A stretch of 64,000 bases of DNA from Balanoglossus misakiensis (Eukaryota > Animalia > Hemichordata): positions 10,263,721 through 10,327,720 of the forward strand of contig CM082597.2 of assembly GCA_040954595.2 (NCBI GenBank), in the 5' to 3' direction. Shown here piece by piece: positions 15,001-30,000 of this stretch. The position numbers were made by a program, and so were the translations under genes. How positions within the stretch are numbered: position 1 is the first letter of the stretch; every line of letters begins with the position of its first letter. The notes beneath the pieces were generated by a model, which had not been told where the DNA came from, did not search any database, and saw nothing but the letters and a program-made list of their open reading frames with translations.

Positions 15001-18000
15001 AGTGTCGTCAATGTAGCTTTACAACATCTACGCTAAACAAATCTCTTTTTTTTTTGGCCTAACTTAATATATTTGTTTATTTCAGTGCTATGAGCAATAC
15101 TCCGTTGTGTTTACTGTCAGAGATGTATCTGCAACAACCCGATTTAATTCAGAGTGTCAGAAAAAGTGACTTGCTGGTCAAGAATGCAAACAGTGTCAGT
15201 CAGAGTGTCTCACAGGTGAGAGATTTTTTCTTTTTTTTTACACACGGGTTAGACGTGGGCATTGCAGAGAGGGCAGCACCAATTTCATAAATGTACGTAG
15301 CAGTAAATACAGACTGCCTTTGCTTCCTTCCATATTTCATGCACACCGTGTAAGTAGACTTTACCTAATTTTGTCCCTTCTTTTCACCCAATTTACTGTC
15401 TTTTCCTGATCTCCAACACAGACTATGGTTGCCACCATCTTGTCTGTTGTTAGGACAGCACACTGCCTTATTGTGTTGACTGTGTGCAGTTTTTGTAACC
15501 AGAGCCTCTAACCCAAACTATTATGCAGTTGTTACATATGATGCAAGTTGCCCATAAAATTACCTAACAATAAAATGTGGCTGTCGAACATTGGTCCCAA
15601 CAATAACGACAAACACAATACGATAGAATTTTTACTCAATGACTTTCTGGCCTCATTTTCGCATCGTCTTGGAAGGGCAAATGAAAAAGGCATATCGATT
15701 ATTGGTACTCCACTTATTAGACTTTCCACTGTTTGTCAACAGCACTGCCAAGGAACTCCTGCCAGCCATCATTGATTGTCTTGATAGTAGTGCCCAGAGT
15801 GTCGTCAATGTAGCTTTACAACATCTACGCTAAACAAATCTCTTTTTTTTTTTTGGCCTAACTTAATATATTTGTTTATTTCAGTGCTATGAGCAATACT
15901 CCGTTGTGTTTACTGTCAGAGATGTATCTGCAACAACCCGATTTAATTCAGAGTGTCAGAAAAAGTGACTTGCTGGTCAAGAATGCAAACAGTGTCAGTC
16001 AGAGTGTCTCACAGGTGAGAGATTTTTTCTTTTTTTTTACACACGGGTTAGACGTGGGCATTGCAGAGAGGGCAGCACCAATTTCATAAATGTACGTAGC
16101 AGTAAATACAGACTGCCTTTGCTTCCTTCCATATTTCATGCACACCGTGTAAGTAGACTTTACCTAATTTTGTCCCTTCTTTTCACCCAATTTACTGTCT
16201 TTTCCTGATCTCCAACACAGACTATGGTTGCCACCATCTTGTCTGTTGTTAGGACAGCACACTGCCTTATTGTGTTGACTGTGTGCAGTTTTTGTAACCA
16301 GAGCCTCTAACCCAAACTATTATGCAGTTGTTACATATGATGCAAGTTGCCCATAAAATTACCTAACAATAAAATGTGGCTGTCGAACATTGGTCCCAAC
16401 AATAACGACAAACACAATACGATAGAATTTTTACTCAATGACTTTCTGGCCTCATTTTCGCATCGTCTTGGAAGGGCAAATGAAAAAGGCATATCGATTA
16501 TTGGTACTCCACTTATTAGACTTTCCACTGTTTGTCAACAGCACTGCCAAGGAACTCCTGCCAGCCATCATTGATTGTCTGGATAGTAGTGCCCAGAGTG
16601 TCGTCAATGTAGCTTTACAACATCTACGCTAAACAAATCTCTTTTTTTTTGGCCTAACTTAATATATTTGTTTATTTCAGTGCTATGAGCAATACTCCGT
16701 TGTGTTTACTGTCAGAGATGTATCTGCAACAACCCGATTTAATTCAGAGTGTCAGAAAAAGTGACTTGCTGGTCAAGAATGCAAACAGTGTCAGTCAGAG
16801 TGTCTCACAGGTGAGAGATTTTTTCTTTTTTTTTTACACACGGGTTAGACGTGGGCATTGCAGAGAGGGCAGCACCAATTTCATAAATGTACGTAGCAGT
16901 AAATACAGACTGCCTTTGCTTCCTTCCATATTTCATGCACACCGTGTAAGTAGACTTTACCTAATTTTGTCCCTTCTTTTCACCCAATTTACTGTCTTTT
17001 CCTGATCTCCAACACAGAGTATGGTTGCCACCATCTTGTCTGTTGTTAGGACAGCACACTGCCTTATTGTGTTGACTGTGTGCAGTTTTTGTAACCAGAG
17101 CCTCTAACCCAAACTATTATGCAGTTGTTACATATGATGCAAGTTGCCCATAAAATTACCTAACAATAAAATGTGGCTGTCGAACATTGGTCCCAACAAT
17201 AACGACAAACACAATACGATAGAATTTTTACTCAATGACTTTCTGGCCTCATTTTCGCATCGTCTTGGAAGGGCAAATGAAAAAGGCATATCGATTATTG
17301 GTACTCCACTTATTAGACTTTCCACTGTTTGTCAACAGCACTGCCAAGGAACTCCTGCCAGCCATCATTGATTGTCTGGATAGTAGTGCCCAGAGTGTCG
17401 TCAATGTAGCTTTACAACATCTACGCTAAACAAATCTCTTTTTTTTTTGGCCTAACTTAATATATTTGTTTATTTCAGTGCTATGAGCAATACTCCGTTG
17501 TGTTTACTGTCAGAGATGTATCTGCAACAACCCGATTTAATTCAGAGTGTCAGAAAAAGTGACTTGCTGGTCAAGAATGCAAACAGTGTCAGTCAGAGTG
17601 TCTCACAGGTGAGAGATTTTTTCTTTTTTTTTACACACGGGTTAGACGTGGGCATTGCAGAGAGGGCAGCACCAATTTCATAAATGTACGTAGCAGTAAA
17701 TACAGACTGCCTTTGCTTCCTTCCATATTTCATGCACACCGTGTAAGTAGACTTTACCTAATTTTGTCCCTTCTTTTCACCCAATTTACTGTCTTTTCCT
17801 GATCTCCAACACAGACTATGGTTGCCACCATCTTGTCTGTTGTTAGGACAGCACACTGCCTTATTGTGTTGACTGTGTGCAGTTTTTGTAACCAGAGCCT
17901 CTAACCCAAACTATTATGCAGTTGTTACATATGATGCAAGTTGCCCATAAAATTACCTAACAATAAAATGTGGCTGTCGAACATTGGTCCCAACAATAAC

Positions 18001-21000
18001 GACAAACACAATACGATAGAATTTTTACTCAATGACTTTCTGGCCTCATTTTCGCATCGTCTTGGAAGGGCAAATGAAAAAGGCATATCGATTATTGGTA
18101 CTCCACTTATTAGACTTTCCACTGTTTGTCAACAGCACTGCCAAGGAACTCCTGCCAGCCATCATTGATTGTCTGGATAGTAGTGCCCAGAGTGTCGTCA
18201 ATGTAGCTTTACAACATCTACGCTAAACAAATCTCTTTTTTTTTGGCCTAACTTAATATATTTGTTTATTTCAGTGCTATGAGCAATACTCCGTTGTGTT
18301 TACTGTCAGAGATGTATCTGCAACAACCCGATTTAATTCAGAGTGTCAGAAAAAGTGACTTGCTGGTCAAGAATGCAAACAGTGTCAGTCAGAGTGTCTC
18401 ACAGGTGAGAGATTTTTTTCTTTTTTTTTACACACGGGTTAGACGTGGGCATTGCAGAGAGGGCAGCACCAATTTCATAAATGTACGTAGCAGTAAATAC
18501 AGACTGCCTTTGCTTCCTTCCATATTTCATGCACACCGTGTAAGTAGACTTTACCTAATTTTGTCCCTTCTTTTCACCCAATTTACTGTCTTTTCCTGAT
18601 CTCCAACACAGACTATGGTTGCCACCATCTTGTCTGTTGTTAGGACAGCACACTGCCTTATTGTGTTGACTGTGTGCAGTTTTTGTAACCAGAGCCTCTA
18701 ACCCAAACTATTATGCAGTTGTTACATATGATGCAAGTTGCCCATAAAATTACCTAACAATAAAATGTGGCTGTCGAACATTGGTCCCAACAATAACGAC
18801 AAACACAATACGATAGAATTTTTACTCAATGACTTTCTGGCCTCATTTTCGCATCGTCTTGGAAGGGCAAATGAAAAAGGCATATCGATTATTGGTACTC
18901 CACTTATTAGACTTTCCACTGTTTGTCAACAGCACTGCCAAGGAACTCCTGCCAGCCATCATTGATTGTCTGGATAGTAGTGCCCAGAGTGTCGTCAATG
19001 TAGCTTTACAACATCTACGCTAAACAAATCTCTTTTTTTTTGGCCTAACTTAATATATTTGTTTATTTCAGTGCTATGAGCAATACTCCGTTGTGTTTAC
19101 TGTCAGAGATGTATCTGCAACAACCCGATTTAATTCAGAGTGTCAGAAAAAGTGACTTGCTGGTCAAGAATGCAAACAGTGTCAGTCAGAGTGTCTCACA
19201 GGTGAGAGACTTTTTCTTTTTTTTTACACACGGGTTAGACGTGGGCATTGCAGAGAGGGCAGCACCAATTTCATAAATGTACGTAGCAGTAAATACAGAC
19301 TGCCTTTGCTTCCTTCCATATTTCATGCACACCGTGTAAGTAGACTTTACCTAATTTTGTCCCTTCTTTTCACCCAATTTACTGTCTTTTCCTGATCTCC
19401 AACACAGACTATGGTTGCCACCATCTTGTCTGTTGTTAGGACAGCACACTGCCTTATTGTGTTGACTGTGTGCAGTTTTTGTAACCAGAGCCTCTAACCC
19501 AAACTATTATGCAGTTGTTACATATGATGCAAGTTGCCCATAAAATTACCTAACAATAAAATGTGGCTGTCGAACATTGGTCCCAACAATAATGACAAAC
19601 ACAATACGATAGAATTTTTACTCAATGACTTTCTGGCCTCATTTTCGCATCGTCTTGGACGGGCAAATGAAAAAGGCATATCGATTATTGGTACTCCACT
19701 TATTAGACTTTCCACTGTTTGTCAACAGCACTGCCAAGGAACTCCTGCCAGCCATCATTGATTGTCTGGATAGTAGTGCCCAGAGTGTCGTCAATGTAGC
19801 TTTACAACATCTACGCTAAACAAATCTCTTTTTTTTTTGGCCTAACTTAATATATTTGTTTATTTCAGTGCTATGAGCAATACTCCGTTGCGTTTACTGT
19901 CAGAGATGTATCTGCAACAACCCGATTTAATTCAGAGTGTCAGAAAAAGTGACTTGCTGGTCAAGAATGCAAACAGTGTCAGTCAGAGTGTCTCACAGGT
20001 GAGAGATTTTTTTCTTTTTTTTTACACACGGGTTAGACGTGGGCATTGCAGAGAGGGCAGCACCAATTTCATAAATGTACGTAGCAGTAAATACAGACTG
20101 CCTTTGCTTCCTTCCATATTTCATGCACACCGTGTAAGTAGACTTTACCTAATTTTGTCCCTTCTTTTCACCCAATTTACTGTCTTTTCCTGATCTCCAA
20201 CACAGACTATGGTTGCCACCATCTTGTCTGTTGTTAGGACAGCACACTGCCTTATTGTGTTGACTGTGTGCAGTTTTTGTAACCAGAGCCTCTAACCCAA
20301 ACTATTATGCAGTTGTTACATATGATGCAAGTTGCCCATAAAATTACCTAACAATAAAATGTGGCTGTCGAACATTGGTCCCAACAATAATGACAAACAC
20401 AATACGATAGAATTTTTACTCAATGACTTTCTGGCCTCATTTTCGCATCGTCTTGGACGGGCAAATGAAAAAGGCATATCGATTATTGGTACTCCACTTA
20501 TTAGACTTTCCACTGTTTGTCAACAGCACTGCCAAGGAACTCCTGCCAGCCATCATTGATTGTCTGGATAGTAGTGCCCAGAGTGTCGTCAATGTAGCTT
20601 TACAACATCTACGCTAAACAAATCTCTTTTTTTTTTGGCCTAACTTAATATATTTGTTTATTTCAGTGCTATGAGCAATACTCCGTTGCGTTTACTGTCA
20701 GAGATGTATCTGCAACAACCCGATTTAATTCAGAGTGTCAGAAAAAGTGACTTGCTGGTCAAGAATGCAAACAGTGTCAGTCAGAGTGTCTCACAGGTGA
20801 GAGATTTTTTTCTTTTTTTTTACACACGGGTTAGACGTGGGCATTGCAGAGAGGGCAGCACTAATTTCATAAATGTACGTAGCAGTAAATACAGACTGCC
20901 TTTGCTTCCTTCCATATTTCATGCACACCGTGTAAGTAGACTTTACCTAATTTTGTCCCTTCTTTTCACCCAATTTACTGTCTTTTCCTGATCTCCAACA

Positions 21001-24000
21001 CAGACTATGGTTGCCACCATCTTGTCTGTTGTTAGGACAGCACACTGCCTTATTGTGTTGACTGTGTGCAGTTTTTGTAACCAGAGCCTCTAACCCAAAC
21101 TATTATGCAGTTGTTACATATGATGCAAGTTGCCCATAAAATTACCTAACAATAAAATGTGGCTGTCGAACATTGGTCCCAACAATAACGACAAACACAA
21201 TACGATAGAATTTTTACTCAATGACTTTCTGGCCTCATTTTCGCATCGTCTTGGAAGGGCAAATGAAAAAGGCATATCGATTATTGGTACTCCACTTATT
21301 AGACTTTCCACTGTTTGTCAACAGCACTGCCAAGGAACTCCTGCCAGCCATCATTGATTGTCTGGATAGTAGTGCCCAGAGTGTCGTCAATGTAGCTTTA
21401 CAACATCTACGCTAAACAAATCTCTTTTTTTTTTGGCCTAACTTAATATATTTGTTTATTTCAGTGCTATGAGCAATACTCCGTTGTGTTTACTGTCAGA
21501 GATGTATCTGCAACAACCCGATTTAATTCAGAGTGTCAGAAAAAGTGACTTGCTGGTCAAGAATGCAAACAGTGTCAGTCAGAGTGTCTCACAGGTGAGA
21601 GATTTTTTTCTTTTTTTTTACACACGGGTTAGACGTGGGCATTGCAGAGAGGGCAGCACCAATTTCATAAATGTACGTAGCAGTAAATACAGACTGCCTT
21701 TGCTTCCTTCCATATTTCATGCACACCGTGTAAGTAGACTTTACCTAATTTTGTCCCTTCTTTTCACCCAATTTACTGTCTTTTCCTGATCTCCAACACA
21801 GACTATGGTTGCCACCATCTTGTCTGTTGTTAGGACAGCACACTGCCTTATTGTGTTGACTGTGTGCAGTTTTTGTAACCAGAGCCTCTAACCCAAACTA
21901 TTATGCAGTTGTTACATATGATGCAAGTTGCCCATAAAATTACCTAACAATAAAATGTGGCTGTCGAACATTGGTCCCAACAATAACGACAAACACAATA
22001 CGATAGAATTTTTACTCAATGACTTTCTGGCCTCATTTTCGCATCGTCTTGGAAGGGCAAATGAAAAAGGCATATCGATTATTGGTACTCCACTTATTAG
22101 ACTTTCCACTGTTTGTCAACAGCACTGCCAAGGAACTCCTGCCAGCCATCATTGATTGTCTGGATAGTAGTGCCCAGAGTGTCGTCAATGTAGCTTTACA
22201 ACATCTACGCTAAACAAATCTCTTTTTTTTTGGCCTAACTTAATATATTTGTTTATTTCAGTGCTATGAGCAATACTCCGTTGTGTTTACTGTCAGAGAT
22301 GTATCTGCAACAACCCGATTTAATTCAGAGTGTCAGAAAAAGTGACTTGCTGGTCAAGAATGCAAACAGTGTCAGTCAGAGTGTCTCACAGGTGAGAGAT
22401 TTTTTCTTTTTTTTTTTACACACGGGTTAGACGTGGGCATTGCAGAGAGGGCAGCACCAATTTCATAAATGTACGTAGCAGTAAATACAGACTGCCTTTG
22501 CTTCCTTCCATATTTCATGCACACCGTGTAAGTAGACTTTACCTAATTTTGTCCCTTCTTTTCACCCAATTTACTGTCTTTTCCTGATCTCCAACACAGA
22601 CTATGGTTGCCACCATCTTGTCTGTTGTTAGGACAGCACACTGCCTTATTGTGTTGACTGTGTGCAGTTTTTGTAACCAGAGCCTCTAACCCAAACTATT
22701 ATGCAGTTGTTACATATGATGCAAGTTGCCCATAAAATTACCTAACAATAAAATGTGGCTGTCGAACATTGGTCCCAACAATAACGACAAACACAATACG
22801 ATAGAATTTTTACTCAATGACTTTCTGGCCTCATTTTCGCATCGTCTTGGAAGGGCAAATGAAAAAGGCATATCGATTATTGGTACTCCACTTATTAGAC
22901 TTTCCACTGTTTGTCAACAGCACTGCCAAGGAACTCCTGCCAGCCATCATTGATTGTCTGGATAGTAGTGCCCAGAGTGTCGTCAATGTAGCTTTACAAC
23001 ATCTACGCTAAACAAATCTTTTTTTTTTGGCCTAACTTAATATATTTGTTTATTTCAGTGCTATGAGCAATACTCCGTTGTGTTTACTGTCAGAGATGTA
23101 TCTGCAACAACCCGATTTAATTCAGAGTGTCAGAAAAAGTGACTTGCTGGTCAAGAATGCAAACAGTGTCAGTCAGAGTGTCTCACAGGTGAGAGATTTT
23201 TTCTTTTTTTTTACACACGGGTTAGACGTGGGCATTGCAGAGAGGGCAGCACCAATTTCATAAATGTACGTAGCAGTAAATACAGACTGCCTTTGCTTCC
23301 TTCCATATTTCATGCACACCGTGTAAGTAGACTTTACCTAATTTTGTCCCTTCTTTTCACCCAATTTACTGTCTTTTCCTGATCTCCAACACAGACTATG
23401 GTTGCCACCATCTTGTCTGTTGTTAGGACAGCACACTGCCTTATTGTGTTGACTGTGTGCAGTTTTTGTAACCAGAGCCTCTAACCCAAACTATTATGCA
23501 GTTGTTACATATGATGCAAGTTGCCCATAAAATTACCTAACAATAAAATGTGGCTGTCGAACATTGGTCCCAACAATAACGACAAACACAATACGATAGA
23601 ATTTTTACTCAATGACTTTCTGGCCTCATTTTCGCATCGTCTTGGAAGGGCAAATGAAAAAGGCATATCGATTATTGGTACTCCACTTATTAGACTTTCC
23701 ACTGTTTGTCAACAGCACTGCCAAGGAACTCCTGCCAGCCATCATTGATTGTCTTGATAGTAGTGCCCAGAGTGTCGTCAATGTAGCTTTACAACATCTA
23801 CGCTAAACAAATCTCTTTTTTTTTTTTGGCCTAACTTAATATATTTGTTTATTTCAGTGCTATGAGCAATACTCCGTTGTGTTTACTGTCAGAGATGTAT
23901 CTGCAACAACCCGATTTAATTCAGAGTGTCAGAAAAAGTGACTTGCTGGTCAAGAATGCAAACAGTGTCAGTCAGAGTGTCTCACAGGTGAGAGATTTTT

Positions 24001-27000
24001 TCTTTTTTTTACACACGGGTTAGACGTGGGCATTGCAGAGAGGGCAGCACCAATTTCATAAATGTACGTAGCAGTAAATACAGACTGCCTTTGCTTCCTT
24101 CCATATTTCATGCACACCGTGTAAGTAGACTTTACCTAATTTTGTCCCTTCTTTTCACCCAATTTACTGTCTTTTCCTGATCTCCAACACAGACTATGGT
24201 TGCCACCATCTTGTCTGTTGTTAGGACAGCACACTGCCTTATTGTGTTGACTGTGTGCAGTTTTTGTAACCAGAGCCTCTAACCCAAACTATTATGCAGT
24301 TGTTACATATGATGCAAGTTGCCCATAAAATTACCTAACAATAAAATGTGGCTGTCGAACATTGGTCCCAACAATAACGACAAACACAATACGATAGAAT
24401 TTTTACTCAATGACTTTCTGGCCTCATTTTCGCATCGTCTTGGAAGGGCAAATGAAAAAGGCATATCGATTATTGGTACTCCACTTATTAGACTTTCGAC
24501 TGTTTGTCAACAGCACTGCCAAGGAACTCCTGCCAGCCATCATTGATTGTCTGGATAGTAGTGCCCAGAGTGTCGTCAATGTAGCTTTACAACATCTACG
24601 CTAAACAAATCTCTTTATTTTTTGGCCTAACTTAATATATTTGTTTATTTCAGTGCTATGAGCAATACTCCGTTGTGTTTACTGTCAGAGATGTATCTGC
24701 AACAACCCGATTTAATTCAGAGTGTCAGAAAAAGTGACTTGCTGGTCAAGAATGCAAACAGTGTCAGTCAGAGTGTCTCACAGGTGAGAGATTTTTTCTT
24801 TTTTTTTACACACGGGTTAGACGTGGGCATTGCAGAGAGGGCAGCACCAATTTCATAAATGTACGTAGCAGTAAATACAGACTGCCTTTGCTTCCTTCCA
24901 TATTTCATGCACACCGTGTAAGTAGACTTTACCTAATTTTGTCCCTTCTTTTCACCCAATTTACTGTCTTTTCCTGATCTCCAACACAGACTATGGTTGC
25001 CACCATCTTGTCTGTTGTTAGGACAGCACACTGCCTTATTGTGTTGACTGTGTGCAGTTTTTGTAACCAGAGCCTCTAACCCAAACTATTATGCAGTTGT
25101 TACATATGATGCAAGTTGCCCATAAAATTACCTAACAATAAAATGTGGCTGTCGAACATTGGTCCCAACAATAACGACAAACACAATACGATAGAATTTT
25201 TACTCAATGACTTTCTGGCCTCATTTTCGCATCGTCTTGGAAGGGCAAATGAAAAAGGCATATCGATTATTGGTACTCCACTTATTAGACTTTCGACTGT
25301 TTGTCAACAGCACTGCCAAGGAACTCCTGCCAGCCATCATTGATTGTCTGGATAGTAGTGCCCAGAGTGTCGTCAATGTAGCTTTACAACATCTACGCTA
25401 AACAAATCTCTTTATTTTTTGGCCTAACTTAATATATTTGTTTATTTCAGTGCTATGAGCAATACTCCGTTGTGTTTACTGTCAGAGATGTATCTGCAAC
25501 AACCCGATTTAATTCAGAGTGTCAGAAAAAGTGACTTGCTGGTCAAGAATGCAAACAGTGTCAGTCAGAGTGTCTCACAGGTGAGAGATTTTTTCTTTTT
25601 TTTTACACACGGGTTAGACGTGGGCATTGCAGAGAGGGCAGCACCAATTTCATAAATGTACGTAGCAGTAAATACAGACTGCCTTTGCTTCCTTCCATAT
25701 TTCATGCACACCGTGTAAGTAGACTTTACCTAATTTTGTCCCTTCTTTTCACCCAATTTACTGTCTTTTCCTGATCTCCAACACAGAGTATGGTTGCCAC
25801 CATCTTGTCTGTTGTTAGGACAGCACACTGCCTTATTGTGTTGACTGTGTGCAGTTTTTGTAACCAGAGCCTCTAACCCAAACTATTATGCAGTTGTTAC
25901 ATATGATGCAAGTTGCCCATAAAATTACCTAACAATAAAATGTGGCTGTCGAACATTGGTCCCAACAATAACGACAAACACAATACGATAGAATTTTTAC
26001 TCAATGACTTTCTGGCCTCATTTTCGCATCGTCTTGGAAGGGCAAATGAAAAAGGCATATCGATTATTGGTACTCCACTTATTAGACTTTCCACTGTTTG
26101 TCAACAGCACTGCCAAGGAACTCCTGCCAGCCATCATTGATTGTCTGGATAGTAGTGCCCAGAGTGTCGTCAATGTAGCTTTACAACATCTACGCTAAAC
26201 AAATCTCTTTATTTTTTGGCCTAACTTAATATATTTGTTTATTTCAGTGCTATGAGCAATACTCCGTTGTGTTTACTGTCAGAGATGTATCTGCAACAAC
26301 CCGATTTAATTCAGAGTGTCAGAAAAAGTGACTTGCTGGTCAAGAATGCAAACAGTGTCAGTCAGAGTGTCTCACAGGTGAGAGATTTTTTCTTTTTTTT
26401 TACACACGGGTTAGACGTGGGCATTGCAGAGAGGGCAGCACCAATTTCATAAATGTACGTAGCAGTAAATACAGACTGCCTTTGCTTCCTTCCATATTTC
26501 ATGCACACCGTGTAAGTAGACTTTACCTAATTTTGTCCCTTCTTTTCACCCAATTTACTGTCTTTTCCTGATCTCCAACACAGAGTATGGTTGCCACCAT
26601 CTTGTCTGTTGTTAGGACAGCACACTGCCTTATTGTGTTGACTGTGTGCAGTTTTTGTAACCAGAGCCTCTAACCCAAACTATTATGCAGTTGTTACATA
26701 TGATGCAAGTTGCCCATAAAATTACCTAACAATAAAATGTGGCTGTCGAACATTGGTCCCAACAATAACGACAAACACAATACGATAGAATTTTTACTCA
26801 ATGACTTTCTGGCCTCATTTTCGCATCGTCTTGGAAGGGCAAATGAAAAAGGCATATCGATTATTGGTACTCCACTTATTAGACTTTCCACTGTTTGTCA
26901 ACAGCACTGCCAAGGAACTCCTGCCAGCCATCATTGATTGTCTGGATAGTAGTGCCCAGAGTGTCGTCAATGTAGCTTTACAACATCTACGCTAAACAAA

Positions 27001-30000
27001 TCTCTTTTTTTTTTGGCCTAACTTAATATATTTGTTTATTTCAGTGCTATGAGCAATACTCCGTTGCGTTTACTGTCAGAGATGTATCTGCAACAACCCG
27101 ATTTAATTCAGAGTGTCAGAAAAAGTGACTTGCTGGTCAAGAATGCAAACAGTGTCAGTCAGAGTGTCTCACAGGTGAGAGATTTTTTTCTTTTTTTTTA
27201 CACACGGGTTAGACGTGGGCATTGCAGAGAGGGCAGCACCAATTTCATAAATGTACGTAGCAGTAAATACAGACTGCCTTTGCTTCCTTCCATATTTCAT
27301 GCACACCGTGTAAGTAGACTTTACCTAATTTTGTCCCTTCTTTTCACCCAATTTACTGTCTTTTCCTGATCTCCAACACAGACTATGGTTGCCACCATCT
27401 TGTCTGTTGTTAGGACAGCACACTGCCTTATTGTGTTGACTGTGTGCAGTTTTTGTAACCAGAGCCTCTAACCCAAACTATTATGCAGTTGTTACATATG
27501 ATGCAAGTTGCCCATAAAATTACCTAACAATAAAATGTGGCTGTCGAACATTGGTCCCAACAATAACGACAAACACAATACGATAGAATTTTTACTCAAT
27601 GACTTTCTGGCCTCATTTTCGCATCGTCTTGGAAGGGCAAATGAAAAAGGCATATCGATTATTGGTACTCCACTTATTAGACTTTCGACTGTTTGTCAAC
27701 AGCACTGCCAAGGAACTCCTGCCAGCCATCATTGATTGTCTGGATAGTAGTGCCCAGAGTGTCGTCAATGTAGCTTTACAACATCTACGCTAAACAAATC
27801 TCTTTTTTTTTTGGCCTAACTTAATATATTTGTTTATTTCAGTGCTATGAGCAATACTCCGTTGTGTTTACTGTCAGAGATGTATCTGCAACAACCCGAT
27901 TTAATTCAGAGTGTCAGAAAAAGTGACTTGCTGGTCAAGAATGCAAACAGTGTCAGTCAGAGTGTCTCACAGGTGAGAGATTTTTTCTTTTTTTTTACAC
28001 ACGGGTTAGACGTGGGCATTGCAGAGAGGGCAGCACCAATTTCATAAATGTACGTAGCAGTAAATACAGACTGCCTTTGCTTCCTTCCATATTTCATGCA
28101 CACCGTGTAAGTAGACTATACCTAATTTTGTCCCTTCTTTTCACCCAATTTACTGTCTTTTCCTGATCTCCAACACAGACTATGGTTGCCACCATCTTGT
28201 CTGTTGTTAGGACAGCACACTGCCTTATTGTGTTGACTGTGTGCAGTTTTTGTAACCAGAGCCTCTAACCCAAACTATTATGCAGTTGTTACATATGATG
28301 CAAGTTGCCCATAAAATTACCTAACAATAAAATGTGGCTGTCGAACATTGGTCCCAACAATAATGACAAACACAATACGATAGAATTTTTACTCAATGAC
28401 TTTCTGGCCTCATTTTCGCATCGTCTTGGACGGGCAAATGAAAAAGGCATATCGATTATTGGTACTCCACTTATTAGACTTTCCACTGTTTGTCAACAGC
28501 ACTGCCAAGGAACTCCTGCCAGCCATCATTGATTGTCTGGATAGTAGTGCCCAGAGTGTCGTCAATGTAGCTTTACAACATCTACGCTAAACAAATCTCT
28601 TTTTTTTTTGGCCTAACTTAATATATTTGTTTATTTCAGTGCTATGAGCAATACTCCGTTGCGTTTACTGTCAGAGATGTATCTGCAACAACCCGATTTA
28701 ATTCAGAGTGTCAGAAAAAGTGACTTGCTGGTCAAGAATGCAAACAGTGTCAGTCAGAGTGTCTCACAGGTGAGAGATTTTTTTCTTTTTTTTTACACAC
28801 GGGTTAGACGTGGGCATTGCAGAGAGGGCAGCACCAATTTCATAAATGTACGTAGCAGTAAATACAGACTGCCTTTGCTTCCTTCCATATTTCATGCACA
28901 CCGTGTAAGTAGACTTTACCTAATTTTGTCCCTTCTTTTCACCCAATTTACTGTCTTTTCCTGATCTCCAACACAGACTATGGTTGCCACCATCTTGTCT
29001 GTTGTTAGGACAGCACACTGCCTTATTGTGTTGACTGTGTGCAGTTTTTGTAACCAGAGCCTCTAACCCAAACTATTATGCAGTTGTTACATATGATGCA
29101 AGTTGCCCATAAAATTACCTAACAATAAAATGTGGCTGTCGAACATTGGTCCCAACAATAACGACAAACACAATACGATAGAATTTTTACTCAATGACTT
29201 TCTGGCCTCATTTTCGCATCGTCCGGGAAGGGCAAATGAAAAAGGCATATCGATTATTGGTACTCCACTTATTAGACTTTCCACTGTTTGTCAACAGCAC
29301 TGCCAAGGAACTCCTGCCAGCCATCATTGATTGTCTGGATAGTAGTGCCCAGAGTGTCGTCAATGTAGCTTTACAACATCTACGCTAAACAAATCTCTTT
29401 TTTTTTTGGCCTAACTTAATATATTTGTTTATTTCAGTGCTATGAGCAATACTCCGTTGCGTTTACTGTCAGAGATGTATCTGCAACAACCCGATTTAAT
29501 TCAGAGTGTCAGAAAAAGTGACTTGCTGGTCAAGAATGCAAACAGTGTCAGTCAGAGTGTCTCACAGGTGAGAGATTTTTTTCTTTTTTTTTTACACACG
29601 GGTTAGACGTGGGCATTGCAGAGAGGGCAGCACCAATTTCATAAATGTACGTAGCAGTAAATACAGACTGCCTTTGCTTCCTTCCATATTTCATGCACAC
29701 CGTGTAAGTAGACTTTACCTAATTTTGTCCCTTCTTTTCACCCAATTTACTGTCTTTTCCTGATCTCCAACACAGACTATGGTTGCCACCATCTTGTCTG
29801 TTGTTAGGACAGCACACTGCCTTATTGTGTTGACTGTGTGCAGTTTTTGTAACCAGAGCCTCTAACCCAAACTATTATGCAGTTGTTACATATGATGCAA
29901 GTTGCCCATAAAATTACCTAACAATAAAATGTGGCTGTCGAACATTGGTCCCAACAATAACGACAAACACAATACGATAGAATTTTTACTCAATGACTTT